Shown here piece by piece: positions 29,554 to 37,766 of a stretch of DNA of 64,000 bases. The notes beneath the pieces were generated by a model. It ran no database searches, was not told the DNA's origin, and saw nothing but the letters and a program-made list of their open reading frames with translations. Each line of letters starts with the position of its first letter. Positions within the stretch are counted from its first letter, which is position 1. This DNA comes from Rhodospirillales bacterium (lineage in GTDB: Bacteria > Pseudomonadota > Alphaproteobacteria > Rhodospirillales > SHVQ01): assembly GCA_009694195.1 (NCBI GenBank), contig SHVQ01000009.1, positions 10,294-74,293 of the forward strand. The letters are read 5' to 3'. A program made the position numbers and the translations under genes.

Positions 29554-29626
29554 CGGCCCAGCCCCGTCCTTGCTCGTCACGGCCATGGCGGGTTATTAGT
29601 CCTCCATTCGCTCGCCAGGATTCCCC

Positions 29627-31858
29627 ATGCGGATTGCTGCTGCTATTTCTGATTTCGTCGGGACCGACCGCAAGTCAGTGATTCCGGCCCTCACGACCGC
29701 GGTGGTGACGGGCTTTCTCGCGATCGTCACCTGCGTCTCCTACCCGGCCGTCATCTTCTCGGGGCCTCTCGAAGTCTATTTGACCACCGGGATCGGCATC
29801 GGGCTCGTGAGCGCGGTCGTGATCGGCACCGCGGTCGCGCTCACCAGCACGTTTCCCGGATGCATCGGGTACTCGCAGTCGGAGCCGGCCGTCGTCATCG
29901 GGATCATCGCGGCCTCCATGACCTCGATGCTGCAGGCGTCCCAGCACGCGGAGCAGATTCTCCCGACGCTCTTCGCCATCACCATCGTGTCGTCGGCTCT
30001 TTGCGGCGCGGCATTTCTGCTGCTCGGCCAATTCCGGCTCGGAAATCTCGTTCGCTACATTCCGTTTCCCGTCGTCGGCGGATTCCTTGCGGGCTGCGGC
30101 TGGCTTCTCCTGAAGGCGGGCCTATCCTCCATGAGCGGCTTTCGGGTCGGTGCGGGCAACTGGCTCACGCTGTTTGAGCTCGCGACCCTCGGCAAGTGGG
30201 TGCCGGGCGCCGCGGCCGGGTTCGTGCTGTGGGCGTTGCAGACGAAGCGGAGCCACTTCCTCAACATGCCGGCCGTGCTCGTGGGCTCTGTCGCGCTCTT
30301 TTGGCTCGCGGCGGGCCTCGGCGGGGCTTCGGCTGACGAGCTTCGCCGCGCGGGCTGGCTCCTCGGCCCCTTCCCCGAGGGCGGCGGCATCTGGTCGCCC
30401 CTCCAGCACGCGGTTGCAATCACGGACGCCGCGTGGGGACTGTTCCCGCGCCATGCGATCGAGTTCGCGACGCTCGTGCTGCTCGCCTCGATCGGCGCGC
30501 TTCTCAACGCGAGCAGCATCGAGATCGCCGTCCGCCGCGACTTCGATCTCAACCGCGACCTCAAGGGGATCGGGGTCGCCAATCTTTTGTGCGCGGCCGC
30601 CGGTGGCCTTCCCGGCTTTCAGTCCTTGAGCGGCTCGGTGTTGACCCATCGCCTGGGAACACCCGTGCGCCTCGTCGGGCTCACGACGGCGGCCGTGTGC
30701 CTTGCCGCCCTCCTGTTCGGCTCTACCGTGCTGATGTACGTCCCGAAGCTCGTGATCGGGAACATCCTCATCTACATGGCGATCGGATTCCTCGTCGACT
30801 GGCTCTACTTGGGCTACCGCCGCATGGAGCTTCCGGACTACGCGGTGCTGGTCATCGTGTTCGTTGCCGTCGTCACCATCGGCTTCGTCGAGGCGATCGG
30901 CATCGGCACGGTCGCCGGGATCATCATGTTCGTGATCCGCTACAGCAAGATCAGCATCGCCAAAAACATCCTTTCGGGCTCCACCTATCACAGCAACGTC
31001 GAGCGCGCGGAGCCGCTCCGCCGGTTCCTGCAGGAGCACGGCGACCGCATCTTCATCCTGAGCCTGCAGGGGTTCATGTTTTTCGGAACGTCCAATTCCC
31101 TGACGACCGTCGTCCAGGACCGGCTCAACGACCCGGGCCTGCCGCCCCTCCGTTACCTGGTTATCGATTTCAGGCTGGTCAACGGGATGGATGCCTCCGC
31201 CGCCGCAAGCTTCACCAAGCTCTCCCAGTACGCCGACGAGAAGCGGTTCCACATCGTCTTCACCAGCCTGTCGCGCCCGATTGCCGATCTCCTCAAGCGG
31301 GAACAGGTCTACGAAGGTCTTCACCCGTACGTCCGCGTCCTCCCCGATCTCGACCGCGGCCTCGAATGGAGCGAGAACGACCTCATCCAGTCCCACGAGC
31401 ACAGCCGCCTGCCGGTTGCCGAAGCCTTCCAGGCGCGCATTCGCGCCATGTTTCCGAAGGCCGCCGACGCCGAGACGTTTCTTCGCTATTTCGAGCGCGC
31501 GGACTACGGGGAGGGCGAGACCCTGGTTGCCCAGGGAGCGACCTCGGACGAGTTCTATTTCGTCGAGAGCGGGACGGTCTCCATCACGCTCGAGACCGCG
31601 GGTGGACAGAATATCCGCCTCCGTACCATGGGCGCCGGGACGATCGTCGGCGAGATCGCCTTTTATCTCGGCGAGCCGCGCTCGGCCTCGGTCGTCGCCG
31701 GTGAGACGACCCGTGCATACCGCCTGACCAAGGCCCGGCTCGAGGACATGAAGCGCGACCATCCCGAGCTCGCAAGCGCGCTGCACGAGTATATGGCGAG
31801 AACGCTATGCACGAAGCTGATCGACACCAACCGCGTGGTCGGCGTGCTGAGCCAGTGA
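29627..31858 (+). CDS. SulP/SLC26 family anion transporter fused to STAS and a C-terminal cyclic-nucleotide-binding domain
   Basis: 743 aa with a polytopic N-terminal half. STAS region: IFILSLQGFMFFGTS...LVIDFRLVNGMDASA. cNMP domain: GETLVAQGATSDEFYFVESGTVSI...GAGTIVGEIAFYLGEPRSASVVA. Confidence 0.85.
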   Translation: MRIAAAISDFVGTDRKSVIPALTTAVVTGFLAIVTCVSYPAVIFSGPLEVYLTTGIGIGLVSAVVIGTAVALTSTFPGCIGYSQSEPAVVIGIIAASMTSMLQASQHAEQILPTLFAITIVSSALCGAAFLLLGQFRLGNLVRYIPFPVVGGFLAGCGWLLLKAGLSSMSGFRVGAGNWLTLFELATLGKWVPGAAAGFVLWALQTKRSHFLNMPAVLVGSVALFWLAAGLGGASADELRRAGWLLGPFPEGGGIWSPLQHAVAITDAAWGLFPRHAIEFATLVLLASIGALLNASSIEIAVRRDFDLNRDLKGIGVANLLCAAAGGLPGFQSLSGSVLTHRLGTPVRLVGLTTAAVCLAALLFGSTVLMYVPKLVIGNILIYMAIGFLVDWLYLGYRRMELPDYAVLVIVFVAVVTIGFVEAIGIGTVAGIIMFVIRYSKISIAKNILSGSTYHSNVERAEPLRRFLQEHGDRIFILSLQGFMFFGTSNSLTTVVQDRLNDPGLPPLRYLVIDFRLVNGMDASAAASFTKLSQYADEKRFHIVFTSLSRPIADLLKREQVYEGLHPYVRVLPDLDRGLEWSENDLIQSHEHSRLPVAEAFQARIRAMFPKAADAETFLRYFERADYGEGETLVAQGATSDEFYFVESGTVSITLETAGGQNIRLRTMGAGTIVGEIAFYLGEPRSASVVAGETTRAYRLTKARLEDMKRDHPELASALHEYMARTLCTKLIDTNRVVGVLSQ

Positions 31859-31889
31859 TTGGGAACGTCCGTTCCAGCTCTACGAACCG

Positions 31890-31937
31890 TTGACATCTTC
31901 GGCGATTGGCAATAAATGTAGTGCTGTAACTACATTT
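31890..31937 (+). promoter_or_regulatory. putative promoter (TTGACA-17-TAAATG) with overlapping 9-bp inverted repeat AAATGTAGT-N6-ACTACATTT; likely Phd/VapC operator
   Basis: Read directly: TTGACA at 31890-31895 and the inverted repeat at 31914-31937. They end 10 nt before the antitoxin ATG. Confidence 0.4.
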
Positions 31938-31946
31938 TTGTCGGCC

Positions 31947-32189
31947 ATGAAAACCGTCTCTGCACGCGCGGCTAATCAGTCGTTCTCGAAGCTTCTCGCC
32001 CGCGCGGCGGCCGGCGAGGAGGTCGTCATCACGCGCCGCGGCAAGCCGGTGGCGAAGATCGGTCCGATCGCCAAACGCACCGCCGACAAGGCTCGCGAAG
32101 CTGCAATCAAACGGATGATTACCCGGATGCGGAAAGGTATGCATCTCGGCGGTGTTCGCTACACCCGTGACCAGATGCACGAACGTTGA
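31947..32189 (+). CDS. type II antitoxin, Phd/YefM family
   Basis: MKTVSARAANQSFSKLLARAAAGEEVVITRRGKPVAKIGPI is a typical Phd N-terminus. Its stop overlaps the toxin start. Confidence 0.8.
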   Translation: MKTVSARAANQSFSKLLARAAAGEEVVITRRGKPVAKIGPIAKRTADKAREAAIKRMITRMRKGMHLGGVRYTRDQMHER

Positions 32190-32647
32190 AATTCACGTTC
32201 GACACAAACGTTCTCGTTTATGCGACGGACGTGGATGCCAGCGAGAAGCATACGATCGCGGCTGATTTGATCACACGCGCCACGAAGGCGGATTGCGTGC
32301 TCATTCTCCAAAGCCTATCGGAGTTCTTTAACGTCGCGATGCGCCAGGCCCGGCTGGAACTCGCGGACGCTGTCGGATTCGTCGAGGATTGGGGCTCCGT
32401 CTTCCCGGTCGTCGCAGCCGACAAACGAACGCTGTTGATCGCGATGGATGCGGTCCGTCATCACATGATTCCGCTTTGGGACGCTATGCTGTGGGCGACA
32501 GCACGACAAGCTGGCTGCCACCTTCTGCTCACCGAGGATTTCCAAGATGGGAGAACGCTCGAAGGCGTGACCTTTGTTAATCCGTTTCTTCCTCACAACG
32601 AAACCCTGATCTCCACAGTCTTGGCGAGTCCGGCAGGAGAGCCTTGA
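32186..32647 (+). CDS. vapC: type II toxin, PIN-domain ribonuclease VapC
   Basis: MKFTFDTNVLVYATD carries the first PIN acidic residue. LLLTEDFQDG is a later acidic motif. 153 aa. Confidence 0.8.
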   Translation: MKFTFDTNVLVYATDVDASEKHTIAADLITRATKADCVLILQSLSEFFNVAMRQARLELADAVGFVEDWGSVFPVVAADKRTLLIAMDAVRHHMIPLWDAMLWATARQAGCHLLLTEDFQDGRTLEGVTFVNPFLPHNETLISTVLASPAGEP

Positions 32648-32713
32648 CACCCCTGCCCCGCGCGGGCAGAGAGGGGCGGCCTTGAAGCCCCGCGCCTGAA
32701 CGAGTCCCTGCCG

Positions 32714-33694
32714 ATGCCCCGAACGTCCCGCCGAGCCGCCAAGACGCCGTCCAAAGACGACATCGCGCGGCTCTATCGCGGGCTTTTCCTCATTCGCCGG
32801 GCGGAAGAGGAGGTCGAGCACGTCTACCCCTCGGACAAGATCAAGAGCCCGGTTCATCTCGCCATCGGCCAGGAAGCGGTGTCGGTCGCCATCTGCGACG
32901 CCTTGCGCCCCGATGACGTGCTCGGATGCACCTACCGCTCCCATGCCGCGTATCTCGCCAAAGGCGGCGATCTCGGAGCGATGATGGCCGAGATGTACGG
33001 AAAGGCGACGGGGTGTGCCCGCGGCAAGGGCGGTTCCATGCACCTGGTCGACATGCAGCACCTGCTGCTCGGAGCGTCGGCGGTGGTCGGCACCGGGATT
33101 CCCATCGCGGCCGGCTACGCCATCGCGCTCAAACGCGAAAAGAAGCGCCGTGTCGCGGTCACGCTCTTCGGCGACGGGGCGACAGAAGAAGGCTGCTTCT
33201 ACGAGACGCTCAACTTCGCAGGACTTCACAAGCTGCCGCTGCTCTTCGTCTGCGAAAACAATTTTTATTCCATTCACACCCACATCTCGAAGCGGTGGTC
33301 GAATCTGGACGTGTGCGGGCGGGCGCGCGCGTTCGGCGTGCCGGCGAAGCAGATCGTCGACGGTGATATCTTCAAAATTCGTGCGGCGGCCGCGGCCGCC
33401 GTCGATCGCATCCGCCGGGGCGGCGGGCCCGAGTTCCTCGAGATTCATACCTACCGCTGGCGCCAGCACGTGGGTCCCGGCGGCGACTACGACGCGGGCT
33501 ACCGGAGCGAGCGCGAGGCCAGGAAGTGGATGAAATCCGATCAGGTCGCTCGCCTCGCCGCCATGTTGGCATCCGCCACACGGGTGCGGATCGAAGACGA
33601 GGTAAACGCCAAAATCTCGGAGGCCATCGCCTTCGCCGAATCGAGCCCGTTCCCAGGGCCTGAGGATCTTCTCGCCGATGTCTTCGCCGACTGA
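32714..33694 (+). CDS. ThDP-dependent dehydrogenase E1 component, alpha subunit (pyruvate/acetoin dehydrogenase E1-like)
   Basis: 326 aa. YRSHAAYLAKGG, GKGGSMHL and the ThDP motif FGDGATEEGCFYETLNFA...LFVCENNFYS are present. Confidence 0.85.
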   Translation: MPRTSRRAAKTPSKDDIARLYRGLFLIRRAEEEVEHVYPSDKIKSPVHLAIGQEAVSVAICDALRPDDVLGCTYRSHAAYLAKGGDLGAMMAEMYGKATGCARGKGGSMHLVDMQHLLLGASAVVGTGIPIAAGYAIALKREKKRRVAVTLFGDGATEEGCFYETLNFAGLHKLPLLFVCENNFYSIHTHISKRWSNLDVCGRARAFGVPAKQIVDGDIFKIRAAAAAAVDRIRRGGGPEFLEIHTYRWRQHVGPGGDYDAGYRSEREARKWMKSDQVARLAAMLASATRVRIEDEVNAKISEAIAFAESSPFPGPEDLLADVFAD

Positions 33695-34751
33695 CCGCAA
33701 GGGCCGGCTGCTCACGTACGTGGGGGCACTGCAAGAGGCCGTCTCTCAGGAGATGGACCGCGACCCATCCGTGTTCGTGATGGGTCTCGATGTCGTCGAT
33801 CACAAAGGCATCCAAGGCTCGACGCAAGGGCTTCCCGAACGCTTCGGTCCAGACCGCGTGTTTCACACGCCGCTCTCCGAGGACGCGATGGCAGGCGTTG
33901 CCATCGGCGCCGCGATGGCGGGGATGCGCCCGATCTACGTTCACATCCGCATGGACTTCCTCATGCTCTGCATGAACCAGCTCATCAATATCGCGGCCAA
34001 GGCCCGCTACATGTACGGCGGCCAGGTCAGCGTTCCGATGGTCGTGCGCAGCATGATCGGCAAGTCGTGGGGCCAGGGCGCGCAGCATAGCCAGGGCCTG
34101 CATGCCATGTTCATGCATGTCCCCGGTCTGAAGGTCGTGGCGCCGGCGACCGCCTATGACGCCAAAGGGTGCCTCATCGCGGCAATTCGCGACAACAATC
34201 CGGTGATTTTCGTCGAACACCGGCTACTTTACTTCACCGACGCCTACGTACCTGAGGAATCCTATACCGTGCCGTTCGGACACGCCCGCGTGTGCACGCC
34301 CGGAGACGACATCACGATCGTCGGGATATCGAACATGCTGGTCGAGGCCTTGCGCGCGCGCGAGCTTTTGACAGAGGTCGGAATCCACGCCGAGGTCATC
34401 GATCCCATCTCGCTCGTGCCGCTCGACTCTGAAACAATTGTCCGCTCGGTCGCACGCACGAAGCGCCTTCTCGTCGTCGACAATGCGTGGACGACATGCG
34501 GGGCGAGCGCCGAGATCATGGCGCGTGTGATCGAGACGCTGGAACCGAGAGAGCTCCGCGCGATCCGGCGCCTCGGCTTCGCGCCCTCGACATGCCCGAC
34601 CACGCCCTCTCTCGAACGGCTCTTCTATCCGAATCCCGCCTCTATTGCCTCGGCCGCGCACGCCATGGTACGCCCCGAGGCCGATCGCTGGGAACCGAGC
34701 GCGGAAACGGCCGCGCTCGCCTACCAGATGAACTTTCGGGGGCCATTCTGA
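33678..34751 (+). CDS. ThDP-dependent dehydrogenase E1 component, beta subunit (transketolase-like pyrimidine-binding and C-terminal domains)
   Basis: 357 aa. LTYVGALQEAVSQEMDRDPSVFVMGLDV...RVFHTPLSEDAMAGVAIGAAMAGMRPI. It overlaps the alpha stop by 17 nt. Confidence 0.85.
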   Translation: MSSPTDRKGRLLTYVGALQEAVSQEMDRDPSVFVMGLDVVDHKGIQGSTQGLPERFGPDRVFHTPLSEDAMAGVAIGAAMAGMRPIYVHIRMDFLMLCMNQLINIAAKARYMYGGQVSVPMVVRSMIGKSWGQGAQHSQGLHAMFMHVPGLKVVAPATAYDAKGCLIAAIRDNNPVIFVEHRLLYFTDAYVPEESYTVPFGHARVCTPGDDITIVGISNMLVEALRARELLTEVGIHAEVIDPISLVPLDSETIVRSVARTKRLLVVDNAWTTCGASAEIMARVIETLEPRELRAIRRLGFAPSTCPTTPSLERLFYPNPASIASAAHAMVRPEADRWEPSAETAALAYQMNFRGPF

Positions 34752-35938
34752 GCAAGCCGCAGTCGCCCGCGCACTATTCGCTTGCCGCATCCTCCTGGGG
34801 CCCGGAGGAGACCGAAGCCGCTCGTCGCGTTCTCGATAGCGGCTTCGTCACCATGGGCGACAACGTGGCCCGCTTTCAAAAAGAATTCGCCGCCTACTTC
34901 GGGATGAAACACGCGGTGATGACGAATTCCGGCTCATCGGCCAATCTGATCGCGGTCGCCAGTCTCTTCTTCAAGAAGGATCGCCCGCTTCAGCGCGGCG
35001 ACGAGGTGATCGTCCCGGCCATCTCCTGGAGCACGACCTACCATCCGCTCCAGCAGTACGGCCTGAAGCTCCGCTTCGTCGACGTGAACCTGGAGACCCT
35101 CAACATCGACGAGACGAAGCTCGAAGAAGCATTGACGCCGCGGACGCGAATGATCATTGCGGTCAGCATCCTCGGCAATCCCGCGCCGCTCGACGTCATC
35201 CGAGACTTTGCCGACCGCCACGACCTCTATTTCATGGAGGACAACTGCGAATCCATGGACGCCGAGATCGAGGGACGGAAGACCGGCACATTTGGTGACC
35301 TCAACACGTTCAGCTTCTTCTTCTCCCATCACATCTCGACGATGGAAGGCGGCATGGTGCTGACGGACGACACGGAGCTCGCGCACCTCTGCCTCGCCTT
35401 GCGCGCGCACGGCTGGACGCGGGACCTGCCGGTCGGAAGCCCGCTTTTCGAGCGCCGCTCCAACGATCACTTCGAGGCCTACCGGTTCATTCTGCCCGGC
35501 TATAACGTCCGGCCGCTGGAAATTTCGGGAGCGATCGGGCGCGAGCAGTTGAAAAAACTGCCGGCGATGACCGAGGCCCGCCGCAGGAACTGGGCCGTGT
35601 TTCACGGGCTCTTCGCGGGCGACGAGCGTTTCATTATCCAACGCGAAAACGGAAAGACATCCTGTTTTTGCTTCACGATCGTGCTCAATCCGAAGCGCAA
35701 CCCAAACCGCGAGCGCATCTTCGAGGCGCTCCGCGACGCCGACATCGGCTTCCGCATCATTACCGGCGGTTGCTTTCTTGCCCACGACGCGATCAAGTAT
35801 TTCGACTACACGACGGTCGGCACGATGGAGAACGCGTTTACGGCGCATGAGCTCGGTTTCTTTGTCGGCAACCACCCCTACGACCTGACGCCGCAGATCG
35901 GGCGCCTGCGCGATGTCCTCGACCGCGCCTGCCGGTAG
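34747..35938 (+). CDS. colD: PLP/PMP-dependent NDP-4-keto-6-deoxyhexose 3-dehydratase, ColD-like (DegT/DnrJ/EryC1 family with His replacing the catalytic Lys)
   Basis: YSLAASSWGPEE..., NSGSSANL, EDNCESM, FSFFFSHHISTMEGG (HH at 35327-35332) and LRAHGWTR are present. No canonical start lies before the conserved N-terminus; the only candidates are ATT at 34747 or CTG at 34750, overlapping the E1-beta TGA. Confidence 0.75.
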
Positions 35939-35945
35939 ACCGTCG

Positions 35946-36890
35946 ATGGCCAAGCCGCTCAACATTCTCGTCACCGGCGGCGGCGGCTATCTGGGATCGG
36001 TCCTGGTCCCGGAGTTGCTCGCGGCCGGGCACCGGGTCACGGTGCTCGACACCTTCATGTACCGGCAGAACTCGCTCGCGAGCGTATGCTCCGATCCCAA
36101 CTTCGACGTCGTACGCGGCGACGCCCGCAATCCCGACACTTTGACGCCCTTGATAAAGCGGGCCGACCTTGCGATTCCTCTGGCGGCCATCGTCGGCGCA
36201 CCCGCCTGCGACCGCGATCGGGTTGCGGCCGAAAGCGTCAACCGAGATGCCGTCGTCACGCTGCTGGGCCTTCTCGGCCGCAACCAGCGGGTCATGATGC
36301 CGATCACCAACAGCGGCTATGGTGTCGGCGAGAAGGGCAAGTTCTGTACAGAGGACACGCCGCTCCGGCCGGTCTCGCTGTACGGCCGGACGAAGGTCGA
36401 GGCCGAAAGAGCGGCGCTCGAGCGCGGCAATTGCATCAGCTTCCGTCTCGCGACCGTGTTCGGCATGGCACCGCGCATGCGGATCGATCTCTTGGTCAAT
36501 GATTTCGTCCACCGCGCCGTCTACGACCGCGCGGTCGTCGTGTTCGAGGGCCACTTCAAGCGCAACTACATCCACATCCGCGACGTGGCGCGCGCGTTCC
36601 TGCATGGCATCGAGCGCTTCGATGCGATGAAGGACCGGCCTTACAACGTCGGCCTCTCGGACGCCAATCTCTCGAAGATCGAGCTTTGCGAGCGGATCAA
36701 AAAACATCTGCCGAAATTCGTTTACCTGGAGGCGCCGGTCGGGGAGGACCCGGACAGGCGCGACTACATCGTCTCCAACGCCAGAATCGAGGCAACGGGC
36801 TTCCGTCCGCGCCATACCCTCGACGAAGGCATCGGCGAGCTCATCAAAGGATACAAGATGATCCGCGATGCGAGGTTCGGGAACGTGTAG
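35946..36890 (+). CDS. NAD-dependent epimerase/dehydratase (extended SDR)
   Basis: LNILVTGGGGYLGSVLVPELLAAGHRVTVLD is the Rossmann motif and SLYGRTKVEAE is the YxxxK motif. The ATG at 35946 lies 8 nt after the ColD-like stop. Confidence 0.85.
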   Translation: MAKPLNILVTGGGGYLGSVLVPELLAAGHRVTVLDTFMYRQNSLASVCSDPNFDVVRGDARNPDTLTPLIKRADLAIPLAAIVGAPACDRDRVAAESVNRDAVVTLLGLLGRNQRVMMPITNSGYGVGEKGKFCTEDTPLRPVSLYGRTKVEAERAALERGNCISFRLATVFGMAPRMRIDLLVNDFVHRAVYDRAVVVFEGHFKRNYIHIRDVARAFLHGIERFDAMKDRPYNVGLSDANLSKIELCERIKKHLPKFVYLEAPVGEDPDRRDYIVSNARIEATGFRPRHTLDEGIGELIKGYKMIRDARFGNV

Positions 36891-36940
36891 GGGCGGACAT
36901 TCCTCTCCCGCCCCTACTCTCGCAAAACGGCCTGCTCCGA

Positions 36941-37150
36941 TCAGTGTGACCGGGTGTGCCTGCGATCCCGGTCGAGGATCTGGTCCGCGACCTTTTTCTG
37001 CTCGTCGCTGAACGCCGCGTAGAGCGGCTTTGCGGCGGCCACGACTTCGGTCGCGCGCGTCGAGGCCTCGGCGAGGAATTGCTGGCGTCGCTCCAGGCGC
37101 TCGATCGCCGTTCCCTTCTGGTCGCGCCTCTCCGATTTTCCCTTCTGCAT
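36941..37150 (-). pseudogene. Spy/CpxP (LTXXQ-type) family C-terminal fragment, probable gene remnant
   Basis: ...ERLERRQQFLAEASTRATEVVAAAKPLYAAFSDEQKKVADQILD resembles the C-terminal helix of periplasmic CpxP/Spy-like proteins. No signal peptide or N-terminal half; the rest of the track ORF is antisense to the pentapeptide gene. Confidence 0.3.
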
Positions 37151-37186
37151 GGATTCGTCGAACGCGCGGGCCTGACGAAGAAGGAC

Positions 37187-37633
37187 ATGCGTCGGCTCAA
37201 CCTGCGCGGCGTTAATTTCAGCGGCATGGGGATGCGCGGCGTGAACCTCAAAGAGGCCACTTTGAGCGATGGCTTGTTCATCTTCACCACCCTTTCGTAC
37301 GCGGATCTCAGCGGCGCCAAAGCCGAGGGCGCCGATTTCGACGCCGCGGCCCTCACCCACTCGAATTTCACCGGCGCCTTCCTCAAAAAGGCGAACTTTC
37401 GTCCCGTGGAAGTCTTCGGCGCCGACGGCAAGTCGACCGGACAGTCGTGGTACGCGAACCTGTCGAACACGAACTTCACCGGCGCCGACCTCACGGAGGC
37501 GCATTTCCGCGAAGCCAATCTCGAGGGCGCCAATTTCGACAAAGCCACCGTCAAGGGCACGCATTTCGAGAAATGCAAGATCGATTCGAAGACGGAGCCG
37601 GAGCTTCGTAAGCTGGGCGCGCTCGTGAGTTGA
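37187..37633 (+). CDS. pentapeptide-repeat protein
   Basis: MRRLNLRGVNFSGMGMRGVNLKEATLSDG...ADLSGAKAEGADFDAAALTHSNFTGAFLKKANF...NFTGADLTEAHFREANLEGANFDKATVKGTHFEKCKI shows the A(D/N)LxX periodicity. The start is uncertain. Confidence 0.7.
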   Translation: MRRLNLRGVNFSGMGMRGVNLKEATLSDGLFIFTTLSYADLSGAKAEGADFDAAALTHSNFTGAFLKKANFRPVEVFGADGKSTGQSWYANLSNTNFTGADLTEAHFREANLEGANFDKATVKGTHFEKCKIDSKTEPELRKLGALVS

Positions 37634-37766
37634 GGCGCGGTCCGGGCAAACGCCCGCCTAGGCCGGAGCCTGGAACTTCTGTAGTATCCGCCCCGTCGCG
37701 GAGTCGCCGGGCTTTCCCTGCTACGCGTTGGAGCGTACAGGCGTGGCGCCGGACAAGGTCTTTTGA

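Noticed and set aside
34487-34746. Track start giving an 88-aa N-terminal extension of the ColD-like protein, overlapping E1-beta.
   Set aside because: The extension is Arg-rich out-of-frame junk over the well-supported E1-beta coding frame. ColD-family proteins start only a few residues before the SSxW motif.
36956-37186. N-terminal 77 aa of the 225-aa pentapeptide ORF, and residues 1-138 of the 207-aa minus-strand ORF 36941-37564.
   Set aside because: Each is the antisense reading of the other gene's credible part. Only the pentapeptide repeats (+) and the CpxP-like C-terminal helix (-) look like real protein sequence.
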